The position numbers and the translations under genes are program-made. From NCBI GenBank assembly GCA_030148705.1, contig JASBSY010000024.1, positions 21,212-85,211 on the forward strand: DNA of 64,000 nucleotides. The letters run 5' to 3'. The notes beneath the pieces were generated by a model. That model did no database searches. It was not told the DNA's origin and worked only from the letters and a program-made list of their open reading frames with translations. This DNA is from Pukyongia sp. (GTDB lineage: Bacteria; Bacteroidota; Bacteroidia; Flavobacteriales; Flavobacteriaceae). Numbering within the stretch: position 1 is the stretch's first letter; each line of letters starts with the position of its first letter. Of this stretch, positions 22,692 to 32,420 are shown in pieces.

Positions 22692-24371
22692 ATGAACTTG
22701 AGAAAAACCTTAGCATTACAGCTATTACTTGCGGTAGTTGCAACTTCCCTTTTTGTGAGTTGTAACAAATCACGAGACTACAAAAACAGTTCCAGAGCCA
22801 CCGGTTGGAAAATGAACGCCAAAGAAGGTGGTTTCCAATACAATCCGAAGGCAAAAGAGCAGGAAACAGGCCCCGGTCTGGTATTCATCGAAGGAGGAAC
22901 CTTTACCATGGGTAGAGTTCAGGATGACCCTATGCACGACTGGAATAACGCTCCAAACCAACAGCACGTGCAGTCCTTTTATATGGACGAAACTGAAGTT
23001 ACCAACCTGATGTACCTTGAATACCTGGATTGGATCAAGGAAGTTTTCCCTCCATCGGATGAAAATTACAGAAGAATTTACGACGGCGCAGTACCTGATA
23101 CCCTGGTATGGAGAAATCGCCTTGGATATAACGAAGTAATGACCAATAATTACCTGCGTCATCCCGCCTATGCCGACTACCCTGTTGTGGGAGTTAGCTG
23201 GATACAGGCCGTGGAATTCAGTAACTGGAGAACCGACCGAGTAAATGAACTTATTTTAGAAGAAGAAGGTATTACATCTCGTGGCGCCCGCTACGATGTA
23301 GAAGCCGGACAAACCTTCAGCACAGATACGTATTTAAATGCGCCTACCCAGACTTACGGCGGCAGTGATTCAATTACCCGTGGTGGTAAACGATCTGAAG
23401 CCCTGCTAAAGAGAAACGAGGACAGTACGAACCTTTACATTCAACGTAAAGACGGACTTCTATTACCCGATTACAGACTTCCTACTGAAGCAGAATGGGA
23501 ATATGCCGCCCTTGGTTTAGTTGGACTTAGAAGCTATAACGTATACCGCGGTAAGAAAAAATATCCATGGGAAGGACAATATACACGCTCCGGAAAACGC
23601 AGAAGCCGTGGAGACCAGTTAGCCAACTTTAAGCAAGGCGATGGTGATTACGGGGGAATTGCAGGATGGAGTGATGACGGTGCCGATATTACAGCCGAAG
23701 TAAAATCGTACGAGCCGAATGATTACGGACTTTACGATATGGCAGGAAATGTGGCCGAATGGGTTGCCGATGTTTACAGACCTATCGTAGATGACGAGTT
23801 TAACGATTTCAACTACTATCGTGGAAACGTTTATACCAAAAATGCTATCGGAGAAGACGGAAAAGTGAAAGTTGTAACTGCAGATTCGATAGTATACGAC
23901 ACCCTGGCCAATGGAAAGATCATTGCCAGAAACTTACCCGGTGAAATCCTTCAGGTACCGGTTGACGAGAATGAAACTTACCTGAGAACCCAGTTCTCTG
24001 AAAGTGATAACAGGGATTTTCGAGATGGAGACAGACGCTCTACGAGATATTACCAATCGTTCAGCGATTATAATGAAGGTGAAACAGACGAACAAAAACG
24101 TATGTATAATTCACCTAAACACCAGGTTTACGCAGACAGCACAGGAAGTCTTGAAAGACAATACGACAAGGCCACCAACCGTACGACTCTTATCAATAAT
24201 GAGGTGCGAGTGTACAAGGGTGGATCCTGGAGAGACCGCGATTACTGGCTAGATCCGGCACAACGCCGATATTTCCCTCAGGATATGGCAACCGATTATA
24301 TCGGGTTCCGATGTGCGATGTCGCGAGTAGGTTCTAAATCCAAAAAAGGAAAGACACCAAGACATAAATAA
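22692..24371 (+). CDS. gldJ: Gliding motility lipoprotein GldJ
   Basis: Lipobox FVSC, FGE-like motifs RLPTEAEWEYAA and YDMAGNVAEW; porU-gldJ-murF synteny. Confidence 0.92.
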   Translation: MNLRKTLALQLLLAVVATSLFVSCNKSRDYKNSSRATGWKMNAKEGGFQYNPKAKEQETGPGLVFIEGGTFTMGRVQDDPMHDWNNAPNQQHVQSFYMDETEVTNLMYLEYLDWIKEVFPPSDENYRRIYDGAVPDTLVWRNRLGYNEVMTNNYLRHPAYADYPVVGVSWIQAVEFSNWRTDRVNELILEEEGITSRGARYDVEAGQTFSTDTYLNAPTQTYGGSDSITRGGKRSEALLKRNEDSTNLYIQRKDGLLLPDYRLPTEAEWEYAALGLVGLRSYNVYRGKKKYPWEGQYTRSGKRRSRGDQLANFKQGDGDYGGIAGWSDDGADITAEVKSYEPNDYGLYDMAGNVAEWVADVYRPIVDDEFNDFNYYRGNVYTKNAIGEDGKVKVVTADSIVYDTLANGKIIARNLPGEILQVPVDENETYLRTQFSESDNRDFRDGDRRSTRYYQSFSDYNEGETDEQKRMYNSPKHQVYADSTGSLERQYDKATNRTTLINNEVRVYKGGSWRDRDYWLDPAQRRYFPQDMATDYIGFRCAMSRVGSKSKKGKTPRHK

Positions 24372-24390
24372 TAAATAGTTTCAAATAGAG

Positions 24391-24431
24391 AAACCCTCCA
24401 GTTTAGCCCAGGCAAATTCGGAGGGTTTTTT
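24391..24431 (+). terminator. Intrinsic terminator after gldJ
   Basis: AAACCCTCC...GGAGGGTTTTTT. Confidence 0.7.
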
Positions 24432-24462
24432 ATATCTTTAATTCTCTGAAAAACGATTTTCG

Positions 24463-25743
24463 TTGAAAATAGAAACTCTCCATACGCATTTTCTGAACAG
24501 CAGTGGAATTTGCACCGATACCAGAAAAATAACCCCGAATTGCCTGTTCTTTGCTCTGAAAGGCGACAATTTCAACGGAAACGAATTTGCCCAGGAAGCA
24601 TTGGATAAAGGCGCATACAAGGTTGTGATCGACGAGATCGCCTACCACAAGAATACCGGCGAAACCATTTTGCACGGCAATTCCCTTCAACTGCTGCAAA
24701 AACTGGCCAACTATCACCGAAAGTCTCTGGATATACCGCTTATCGCCTTAACCGGCAGCAATGGGAAAACCACTTCCAAGGAATTGATCAATGCCGTGCT
24801 GTCTCAACAGTTTAGCACCACTGCCACCACGGGCAATCTCAATAACCATATTGGGGTTCCGCTTACCTTATTGTCACTGACAGAACGGACAGAGATAGCG
24901 ATAGTTGAAATGGGGGCAAATCACCTGGGTGAGATCGAACAACTATGTGAGATCGCGGCGCCTGATTACGGGTATATCACAAATTTTGGAAAGGCCCATC
25001 TGGAGGGGTTTGGAAGTTTGGAGGGCGTGATTCAGGGAAAATCCGAATTGTATAAACACCTGAAGGAGCATGAAGGCAGGGTGTTTGTAAACGGCAATGA
25101 CAAGAAACAACTGGAGCTAACCAAATCCCTGGATCGTTTCACTTTCGGCCCTGAGGGCAGCGACTGTGAGGTTCGCCTGCTGGACGCAAGTGAGACGTTA
25201 TTGATAGGTTATAAGGATTACAGTATCCAGAGCAACCTCATCGGACTTTATAATTTCCACAATATAGCCGCGGCCATTGCAATAGGAGAGTATTTCAAGG
25301 TTGGGATTGATAAAATCAAGGCGGGAATCGAAGGGTATATACCACGGAATAATCGCTCCCAACTTCTGGAAAAGGCGGGACATAAGATAATCCTTGATGC
25401 ATACAACGCCAACCCTACCAGTATGATGGCTGCACTGGAGAATTTTCAGCAATCGGAAGGACAGCATAAGGTGATGATACTGGGCGATATGTTCGAATTG
25501 GGAAAGGAAGCAGCCAGTGAACATCAAAATATCGTTTCTCATCTTCAGAAAAACCCCTTCGGCTCGGTTTTCCTGGTTGGTAAGAATTTTTACAATACCG
25601 AATTCGCTTCAGACAATATACTGAAGTTTGAAAATTTCACTCAATTAGAATCTCATTTGAAGCAACATCCATTACCTCCTTCTATTATTCTAGTTAAAGG
25701 TTCCCGGGGTATGGCCCTGGAACGTATTTTGGAGATACTCTAA
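24463..25743 (+). CDS. murF: UDP-N-acetylmuramoyl-tripeptide--D-Ala-D-Ala ligase
   Basis: TGSNGKTTSKE, GNLNNHIGVP, EMGANH and DAYNANP motifs. Confidence 0.95.
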   Translation: MKIETLHTHFLNSSGICTDTRKITPNCLFFALKGDNFNGNEFAQEALDKGAYKVVIDEIAYHKNTGETILHGNSLQLLQKLANYHRKSLDIPLIALTGSNGKTTSKELINAVLSQQFSTTATTGNLNNHIGVPLTLLSLTERTEIAIVEMGANHLGEIEQLCEIAAPDYGYITNFGKAHLEGFGSLEGVIQGKSELYKHLKEHEGRVFVNGNDKKQLELTKSLDRFTFGPEGSDCEVRLLDASETLLIGYKDYSIQSNLIGLYNFHNIAAAIAIGEYFKVGIDKIKAGIEGYIPRNNRSQLLEKAGHKIILDAYNANPTSMMAALENFQQSEGQHKVMILGDMFELGKEAASEHQNIVSHLQKNPFGSVFLVGKNFYNTEFASDNILKFENFTQLESHLKQHPLPPSIILVKGSRGMALERILEIL

Positions 25744-25932
25744 TTTTCTGAGAGTTATTCGCTTACCCTTCTGCGAACCCAAGATTACCTACTGATTTCT
25801 AAATTTTTTAACAAGCCGATTTTTCAATTAACATAGTTTTTTGTTAAAACTCAATTCGCTTGGTTAAACACTGTTAATTCTGATTATAAGTACGATTCCG
25901 GTAGTATCTTAGTGTAAACCAACAACGCCTAC

Positions 25933-26838
25933 GTGATGAACCAACAGATCCAGGAATCCTTTAATGACATTTCCGATAAGTTATTGAATTGGGTTTCTAT
26001 TTTTATAGAAAACCTTCCCAATCTTGGAATAGCAGTATTAGTCCTGGTAATTGCGTACTTCCTCGCACGATATACAAGTTCGGTTGTTTATAAATTAGCC
26101 GCTCGGTATTTCGAACAAAAATCAATGTCTAAGCTCATAAGTCGTATTGCAGCTGTAATAGTTGTATTGGGTGGACTTTTTCTGGCCCTGGGGGTTATGG
26201 ATCTCAGTAAAACCCTCAACACCTTATTGGCAGGAGCCGGAATTTCCGGACTGGTTATCGGTTTGGCCTTACAAGGCACGCTGTCGAACCTGGTATCGGG
26301 AGTGGCGCTCTCACTTAGAAAGAACATCCGAATAGGTCATTGGGTAGAGACCAATGGTTTTGCAGGTGAGGTAATGGATATAAAGCTATACTATTTTATC
26401 TTAAAGGAAGCCGACAATAATATAGTGGTCATCCCAAACAAGATGATCAATGAAAATCCAATTAAAAATTACACCCTGACCACTAAAATGAGGATTAGCA
26501 TTGAGTGTGGCGTCGGCTACGAAAGCGATCTGGACCTGGTTCAGCAGCTCACTAAGGAGACTATTGCCAATTCCTTCGACCAGATAGGTAGTCCGGAAGA
26601 CGTGGAATTCTTTTATACCGAGTTCGGTGGAAGTTCAATTAACTTCTTGTGTCGTTACTGGGTAGAATCGGAGAATAGTATTGAAAAACTAAGAGCCAAA
26701 AGCAAGGGTTTAATTGAGATTAAAAAAGCATTCGACAGGGAGGATATCAACATTCCGTTTCCTATCCGGACGTTGCAGTTCGACAATGAATTAAGCCTGG
26801 AGAATACGTTGAAAAAAGAAAACATATCATCAAATTAA
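25933..26838 (+). CDS. mscS: Small-conductance mechanosensitive channel
   Basis: GLALQGTLSNLVSG, VIPN and INIPFP motifs. Confidence 0.85.
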   Translation: MMNQQIQESFNDISDKLLNWVSIFIENLPNLGIAVLVLVIAYFLARYTSSVVYKLAARYFEQKSMSKLISRIAAVIVVLGGLFLALGVMDLSKTLNTLLAGAGISGLVIGLALQGTLSNLVSGVALSLRKNIRIGHWVETNGFAGEVMDIKLYYFILKEADNNIVVIPNKMINENPIKNYTLTTKMRISIECGVGYESDLDLVQQLTKETIANSFDQIGSPEDVEFFYTEFGGSSINFLCRYWVESENSIEKLRAKSKGLIEIKKAFDREDINIPFPIRTLQFDNELSLENTLKKENISSN

Positions 26839-26913
26839 TATACGACCTCAGCCGTCCTGCCGCAAACTGTAGGATACGGAAAGAAAATTAACAACTAATT
26901 AAAACAAAAAACT

Positions 26914-27075
26914 ATGTTACGTTGGACAATAATATTTATCGTTATCGCACTAATCGCCGCAATCCTCGGATTCGGTGGAATTGCAGGAGCAGCGGCCGGA
27001 GTGGCTAAGATCTTATTTTACATCTTTATCGTATTGTTTGTAATTTCTCTGTTGTTCCGTTTGGCACGCAAGTAA
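26914..27075 (+). CDS. DUF1328/UPF0391 small membrane protein (not in ORF track)
   Basis: [35 protein letters not shown], 53 aa. Confidence 0.85.
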   Translation: MLRWTIIFIVIALIAAILGFGGIAGAAAGVAKILFYIFIVLFVISLLFRLARK

Positions 27076-27127
27076 TTACAGCAAATTGAAAATTGACATT
27101 TATTAATCTATTTAAAAAAAAATCATT

Positions 27128-27487
27128 ATGGGAAATAATCAAAATTTAATCGCAGGACTGCTTAGCGGAGCCGCTATAGGCTTGGCAATTGGGGTGTTAT
27201 ATGCACCTGAAAAAGGTTCTGAAACAAGAAAGAGAATACGTGAGAAGGCGGCAGACGCCAAGGATTCTGTAATCAACCAGGCCAACGAGGTGAAAGGAAG
27301 AGTAATCTCAAAGACGCATGAGATTCAGAATCAATTGGCACATCGTCTGAAGACCGGTTCGACTGTGGAAGAAGAACTTGATCATATCGTAACCAGTGTT
27401 GGTTTGAAAACTGATGAAGTAATTACCGCCATGGAAAAGAAACTGGCTGATTTAAAAAAAAAGAATCGTAAAGCAACATTAAACTAA
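27128..27487 (+). CDS. YtxH-domain protein
   Basis: GAAIGLAIGVLYAPEKGSETR motif. Confidence 0.85.
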   Translation: MGNNQNLIAGLLSGAAIGLAIGVLYAPEKGSETRKRIREKAADAKDSVINQANEVKGRVISKTHEIQNQLAHRLKTGSTVEEELDHIVTSVGLKTDEVITAMEKKLADLKKKNRKATLN

Positions 27488-27488
27488 A

Positions 27489-27839
27489 ATGAAACTATTG
27501 AAATCTTTGAATGGCGCTATAGATGACGGAGCCGATAAGACCAGGGAGTATGCGGAAAAAGAATACGAACACCTGAAACTCAGGGTATTCTACCACCTTG
27601 CTAATATAGCGGTGCAGTCTGCAAACAAGCTACTTCTTATCCTCTGTGTATCCTTGTTCTGTTTCTTCGGTCTAATTGCGCTCGCCTTTTACCTGGGAGC
27701 CCTGACCGGCAGCATTGCACTTGGATTTTTGCTAACTTCTGTTGTATTTATACTATTGGCAGTAGTGGCGTATTTATTGCGTGATAAGATTGAAAAGTAT
27801 ATAGTTAATAGTTTATCGGCAAATTATTTCAAATTATGA
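27489..27839 (+). CDS. Two-TM membrane protein
   Basis: Two hydrophobic helices; in an operon with YtxH. Confidence 0.6.
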   Translation: MKLLKSLNGAIDDGADKTREYAEKEYEHLKLRVFYHLANIAVQSANKLLLILCVSLFCFFGLIALAFYLGALTGSIALGFLLTSVVFILLAVVAYLLRDKIEKYIVNSLSANYFKL

Positions 27840-28033
27840 GAGAGTACAATTCACTGGAAGAAATAGCGTACGACCTTAAAAAAGCAGATTTGGAACGAAA
27901 GATCGCCCAGGAGGAATTAATCCTGAAGTACAACGACTTTGGTTCTAAGGTTGCAAAAGGTTTTATGATCAGTACAGCAGCTCAGTTTGGAATAAGCTTA
28001 CTTCTAAAGGTGATAGCCAAACGATTCAAATAG
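27836..28033 (+). CDS. Small hypothetical protein
   Basis: Coupled ATGA overlap; followed by a hairpin terminator at 28101-28130. Confidence 0.55.
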   Translation: MREYNSLEEIAYDLKKADLERKIAQEELILKYNDFGSKVAKGFMISTAAQFGISLLLKVIAKRFK

Positions 28034-28200
28034 GTTGCAACCATCACATATTACAACAAGGTTGGTTTGCAGAATTACATTCGTGTAATTCTGTGGTTGA
28101 AGTCCCTCTCCACTTCGGAGAGGGATTTTTGCTTTCACAATTGTTATCCCGTTGAATCGATAAAATAATGCGCAAGCCGATTCAATTTTTATCTTTTTAA

Positions 28201-28231
28201 TTTGTGATAAATAAAAACTAGCTTATATTTG
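28201..28231 (+). promoter_or_regulatory. Bacteroidetes sigma-ABfr promoter of tRNA-Val
   Basis: TTTG at 28201 and TATATTTG (TAnnTTTG) at 28224-28231. Confidence 0.7.
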
Positions 28232-28247
28232 CATCCGCTAACTGCAA

Positions 28248-28322
28248 GGGCGCTTAGCTCAGTTGGTTCAGAGCACTTGGTTTACACCCAAGGGGTCGGG
28301 GGTTCGAATCCCTCAGCGCCCA
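28248..28322 (+). tRNA. tRNA-Val(TAC), prophage integration target
   Basis: Full cloverleaf; anticodon arm CTTGG-TTTACAC-CCAAG. Confidence 0.97.
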
Positions 28323-28324
28323 CA
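28280..28324 (+). repeat. attL core (3' half of tRNA-Val)
   Basis: GTTTACACCCAAGGGGTCGGGGGTTCGAATCCCTCAGCGCCCACA, identical to 62209-62253. Confidence 0.96.
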
Positions 28325-28416
28325 CCCTTAAAACCCCTATAAATATAGGGGTTTCTTATTTTTAGACGAATTTTAATTCCTTTGATTTCTTGTTTTAAGT
28401 GGGAAAAAGTACTAAA

Positions 28417-28450
28417 ATTGTACGTACTATTGTACGTAAATTGTACGATT
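28417..28450 (+). repeat. Three ATTGTACG repeats, putative integrase arm sites
   Basis: Copies at 28417, 28429 and 28440; the same motif recurs at 62128-62149 near attR. Confidence 0.7.
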
Positions 28451-29654
28451 GAAAGCTTCAGTTAAATTATTTACTTCAGATGGGGAAACCTCGCAGGGCT
28501 TTCCGGTGAAATTGGTGGTGTCTCATAAAGGGAAAACGCTGCGGCGGACCCTTGGGTATAGTCCGCTGGTTTATTGGGACTCGCTTCGGGGTAAACCTAC
28601 CCCTTCGCACCCGGATTATGAATCGCTTTATGGCCAGATGCTGGATATTGAAAAGAAAGCGTTAACCGCTCAGTTTCGCAATTCTACCGATGTGAACCTG
28701 GCTTTAAATGATCTGCTCGATGTGCCTGAAGCCAGGGATATTCCCCTGGAGTCGTATTTTAAAAAACAGATTTCCCTTATGCGTTCGCAGGGACGGCCGG
28801 GAAATGCCGATGCGTATGTCGCGGTGATGAATCAAATGGAATATTATTCACCGGGGTTGCTTTTAAGTGATATTGATGGGGTTTTATTGGAGCGGTTTAA
28901 ACGATATAAATTGAAAAGCTGTAGCGATAAGACGGTTAAAAATTACCTGGGTGTGCTCCGGGCACTCTATAATAAAGCGCTGGTGGATCCGGATGTGAAT
29001 CTAATGGATAAAGAGCCGTTTAAAGGTGTTATGACCGGGCTTATGGTAAAGCGAAGGCGGAAGAAAAACCGTTATTTGCTGCTAAAAGATATACAGCGAT
29101 TGGATGCGTTGTTCCACTCCAATAATCTTACACGAACTGAAAAGCGGGTGGTTGGATTGAGCTTGCTTCAGTTTTATTTGGGCGGCCTTAATCTGGTGGA
29201 TCTGTATTATTTAAAACGCTCTGCCTTTTATAAAGACAGGATCCTGCTATCCCGGAAAAAACTTGGTCGGTATGCGGAAGAATACGATGTGAGAGTGTTT
29301 CCTGTGGCGCGCGCGATTTTTGATTTTTTTGAAAAGGACCCTACTTATATCTTCCCATGGCGAAAAGATGAGCTGGGTTATAAAACCTTCAGAAGAAACC
29401 ATTACAGATCACTTTTAGCACTTCAGCAAAGACATCAAATTGAGTTACACCCAGTGGATGTAAGGCTTAATATTAATGCCTTTAGGCATACATTTGCCAC
29501 CCTGGGGAAGTTTGCCGGGGTGGACCCGGACATCATTAGGGAATTAATGGGCCACGAACGAAATGATATCGATACCGTTTATAAGGACCGGTATCCCGAA
29601 TCAGTAAGGGATGCAGCTCATGGTAAAATTATTGGAATTGGAACAGAGAAGTGA
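28449..29654 (+). CDS. int: Tyrosine integrase
   Basis: N-terminal arm-binding region, SAM-like core, NAFRHTFAT..ELMGH..TVY; adjacent to attL; TTG start. Confidence 0.92.
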   Translation: MKASVKLFTSDGETSQGFPVKLVVSHKGKTLRRTLGYSPLVYWDSLRGKPTPSHPDYESLYGQMLDIEKKALTAQFRNSTDVNLALNDLLDVPEARDIPLESYFKKQISLMRSQGRPGNADAYVAVMNQMEYYSPGLLLSDIDGVLLERFKRYKLKSCSDKTVKNYLGVLRALYNKALVDPDVNLMDKEPFKGVMTGLMVKRRRKKNRYLLLKDIQRLDALFHSNNLTRTEKRVVGLSLLQFYLGGLNLVDLYYLKRSAFYKDRILLSRKKLGRYAEEYDVRVFPVARAIFDFFEKDPTYIFPWRKDELGYKTFRRNHYRSLLALQQRHQIELHPVDVRLNINAFRHTFATLGKFAGVDPDIIRELMGHERNDIDTVYKDRYPESVRDAAHGKIIGIGTEK

Positions 29655-30117
29655 GCGTTTGATCGATACATTCCAGGTCTTTTTTAGCTTGTTTGTTGCT
29701 TCTCAGGGTTTTATCGCTTTTACGTAAAAGATACTGTTCAATCTTAGTATCCTGGTCTGAAGTTTCCACCGCTCCTAGATCTACAATTAAATTTGTTTGG
29801 AAAGAAATATCGTCTATTTTTACGGCGTAAGAATTTAGACTAATCGAAATGGTTACATAACCGTGAAAGTTGTTTCGTAAAAAAATTGCGGTGCCTTTGG
29901 TGTCGCAATTTTTTGTGATCAATCCGCTTCGGCCGCTTAATTTACCCGCGAGGTTTCGCAGTGCCGGATGATTCTGTAAATGTGTATAAATCTCTTCTTC
30001 AGAGAGTAAGGAAGGGAATTCTTTTTCCCATGTAATGTAATTATTTTTTACGCTGAAATTCTCCTGAGAAATTACTGATGACGTTGTGAAAAACAAAGCG
30101 ATAATTATCCATTTCAT
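29629..30117 (-). CDS. Secreted/periplasmic hypothetical protein, convergent with int
   Basis: Signal peptide MKWIIIALFFTTSSVISQ. Confidence 0.7.
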   Translation of the reverse strand: MKWIIIALFFTTSSVISQENFSVKNNYITWEKEFPSLLSEEEIYTHLQNHPALRNLAGKLSGRSGLITKNCDTKGTAIFLRNNFHGYVTISISLNSYAVKIDDISFQTNLIVDLGAVETSDQDTKIEQYLLRKSDKTLRSNKQAKKDLECIDQTLTSLFQFQ

Positions 30118-30274
30118 TGTCTAAAATTTTGTTAATACTAAATATTTTTTTTGGTCGTTCTAAGATAGTCACCCCCAATTAAATTATCATCAATCAATGC
30201 ACGAAAATCATCTTGTAGGGGTCTTATTATACAAGCAAAATAGAAACGAATACCGACAGGAAGAGCGTAAAAAA

Positions 30275-30757
30275 CTACGAATTCTGCTTCGCTCTTCTAT
30301 TTCTCCGGTCCTCGATGATGTTAGACAGACGCTCTAGTACTTCATTGTGCTTTTGCTGAAGGTCTAATATCTCATCGGTATCGAGAAGCAGTTCAGATAT
30401 TCCAGTCGACAGAAGTGTGTTACCGTTGGTAATGATCATTTCCAGTCGCTGTAACCCATGCTTTAAATCGTAGGCTTCCCGCGGCTCTCTAAGGACATTT
30501 ATTGCGTCGCCATTCTTTTTATGTCCAGGAACTTCGGTGGCGACGATTCTGGACTCTATATAGTTCAAAATAATATTTACCGTTTTAAGTCTTGGATTCG
30601 ACTTATCGGTTAAAATATTGTGTACTGTTACGTCTGAAATGTTCGTATTCTCCCCTATTTCATAGGCTGTAATCCCGTGTTTTCGCGTTAAATTCTTAAT
30701 TAACTCGATCTTCTCTTCAATCCCTAAATCCTTCATACTTAACTGGTTATAACTCAA
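30275..30757 (-). CDS. XRE/CI-like repressor
   Basis: HTH HGITAYEIGENTNISDVTVHNIL; divergent from the early operon. Confidence 0.8.
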   Translation of the reverse strand: MSYNQLSMKDLGIEEKIELIKNLTRKHGITAYEIGENTNISDVTVHNILTDKSNPRLKTVNIILNYIESRIVATEVPGHKKNGDAINVLREPREAYDLKHGLQRLEMIITNGNTLLSTGISELLLDTDEILDLQQKHNEVLERLSNIIEDRRNRRAKQNS

Positions 30758-30801
30758 TAAAAAAATTAATTCATTTATTTTAATTAAAATTAATTAAATT
30801 T

Positions 30802-30820
30802 CACTAAGTTTGTGTTAGTG
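30802..30820. promoter_or_regulatory. Putative operator overlapping the early promoter
   Basis: Inverted repeat CACTAA-N7-TTAGTG overlapping TAAGTTTG (30805-30812). Confidence 0.5.
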
Positions 30821-30875
30821 CATTGATATAAACAAATGACGTGCCAAATGTTAACGAAAAACAAAGATACGAAAA

Positions 30876-31136
30876 ATGGGGTATAAAGATGTTCTTATAA
30901 AACCATTTGATTACAAGGGTCACGTACTCGCAAATGCGCATCGGGTCCTTCAGGATTTTAAGCATAGGGGCTTTGCTTCTCGCAAGGCATTTATAGAGGT
31001 GGTTACCTCTAATAGCGATAAGTTCACTACCTACGATGAGTTAAAGCAGCTTGAAGGGTTTTGGCACTACCGCTGTACTGATTATCGTATAATCCAGGAA
31101 CTTGAAAATGTTCTCGAATCTTTAAAGGCTGAATGA
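30876..31136 (+). CDS. Early gene, Cro-position hypothetical
   Basis: First gene divergent from the repressor. Confidence 0.6.
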   Translation: MGYKDVLIKPFDYKGHVLANAHRVLQDFKHRGFASRKAFIEVVTSNSDKFTTYDELKQLEGFWHYRCTDYRIIQELENVLESLKAE

Positions 31137-31468
31137 TGGAAGGGGTAATTAAGGCATCGGAATTTATGGAAGAACTAAGACGGCAAAAGCTTGTGATAGT
31201 TCCGCAGACGGTGGCTGAAAGTATGACTGTTCGCGGCATCCCTATTGAGGCCTTTCAGAAAAGAATATTAACGAAAAAACTGCTCTCCAGTAAAGAGATA
31301 AGCGATGCCCGGTTGTGGGGCCCTATTGGAAAGCGAGCAGTACGAAAGATAATTTCCCAATTAGTTCCGGTTCATGACCAGGTAGCGTGTGATCCGTTAG
31401 GGACGATTAAAATCCCCCTGAGTATAGTCAAATCTATTGCGTCCAGTAGAGGCTATTCTTGGGGGTGA
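31133..31468 (+). CDS. Hypothetical, possible DNA-binding/excisionase-like protein
   Basis: ATGA-coupled; basic, with an HTH-like C-terminal half. Confidence 0.5.
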   Translation: MMEGVIKASEFMEELRRQKLVIVPQTVAESMTVRGIPIEAFQKRILTKKLLSSKEISDARLWGPIGKRAVRKIISQLVPVHDQVACDPLGTIKIPLSIVKSIASSRGYSWG

Positions 31469-31578
31469 TTTTTTTATACAATATACCATCGTGGTAGTGG
31501 TGTAGATGGTTTTTTTTCATAGTTGAATTTGTTTAAAGTTGATTAATTGTTAATCGCCACTACCAATTTTTAAGTGAG

Positions 31579-31728
31579 ATGAATTTTAATACTAACATAC
31601 AGGTATCTGAGCAGGGATGTAGGGTGAACAGGCGGTATTGCGTTGGCGGCTATGAGAGCGGCAAATGCGGAAATTACCAAAGCTGTTCTTTTATGGATCT
31701 GTGCCCTACCTGTAATAAAGCTGTGTAA
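31579..31728 (+). CDS. 49-aa Cys-rich peptide (not in ORF track)
   Basis: MNFNTNIQVSEQGCRVNRRYCVGGYESGKCGNYQSCSFMDLCPTCNKAV. Confidence 0.5.
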   Translation: MNFNTNIQVSEQGCRVNRRYCVGGYESGKCGNYQSCSFMDLCPTCNKAV

Positions 31729-31730
31729 TT

Positions 31731-31892
31731 ATGCATTTAGGTAAACTTGTAATATTTGGATTATGTATAACGGTCTTAATATGGATGTTGATGATAATTT
31801 TATACGCATTTGGAGTTAGGCAACTTTCCTTCTTGGAGGCGTGTGTGGTTCTTCTAATCCCTGTGATCACGTTAATCCTTGCATTGTTTTGA
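31731..31892 (+). CDS. 53-aa two-TM membrane peptide (not in ORF track)
   Basis: MHLGKLVIFGLCITVLIWMLMIILYAFGVRQLSFLEACVVLLIPVITLILALF. Confidence 0.55.
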   Translation: MHLGKLVIFGLCITVLIWMLMIILYAFGVRQLSFLEACVVLLIPVITLILALF

Positions 31893-31924
31893 GGGTATAA
31901 AGAATTAACTAAAGATATATAATT

Positions 31925-32086
31925 ATGGAACTGGCATTCTACACTATTTGCGCTATTGGATTTATAATCGGGATAGCAACTTTTATCGGGGTTTCCTTTG
32001 CAATCATTTTTGACAGCTGGGAGATGCGAAAGAAGGAAGAGAAACGCAATCTGCACAATATCGATGTGGATTACGAGGAAGTATAA
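31925..32086 (+). CDS. 53-aa single-TM peptide (not in ORF track)
   Basis: MELAFYTICAIGFIIGIATFIGVSFAIIFDSWEMRKKEEKR. Confidence 0.55.
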   Translation: MELAFYTICAIGFIIGIATFIGVSFAIIFDSWEMRKKEEKRNLHNIDVDYEEV

Positions 32087-32105
32087 CCTTTAACACCTTT
32101 CAATT

Positions 32106-32420
32106 ATGGATGTGATTAAACAAAAAATTAACAAGATGAACCGCCTTACTTCTTTGGTCGCGGCGGTTATGGACCTTAACTATTCCAGTATCCGAGGGTT
32201 CGATACCGAAGGAAAGGTGTTGGCCGCTTACATGGTTAAAAAGATACTGGGTTATGATAACGGAAACATCAGTGCTTTCTTCCGGATCCCGGTGGAGTTT
32301 ATGAAGAATAAATGGGAGGACCTGGAGATTAAACTTCAATTCGACGAGAACCTGGATATACAGATGGCCAGTGTGGTGAAGATATGGGAATCATTAACGG
32401 TAAGTGAGAAGGCGGCATGA
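32106..32420 (+). CDS. Hypothetical phage protein
   Basis: ORF coupled to the replication gene by ATGA. Confidence 0.6.
   Translation: MDVIKQKINKMNRLTSLVAAVMDLNYSSIRGFDTEGKVLAAYMVKKILGYDNGNISAFFRIPVEFMKNKWEDLEIKLQFDENLDIQMASVVKIWESLTVSEKAA

Noticed and set aside
402-26838. Numerous short nested or antisense ORFs in the track within host genes
   Set aside because: They are shadows of well-conserved housekeeping genes with no motifs of their own.
31706-32056. Minus-strand 116-aa ORF
   Set aside because: It is a shadow of two plus-strand membrane peptides that fit the operon direction and have good start contexts.
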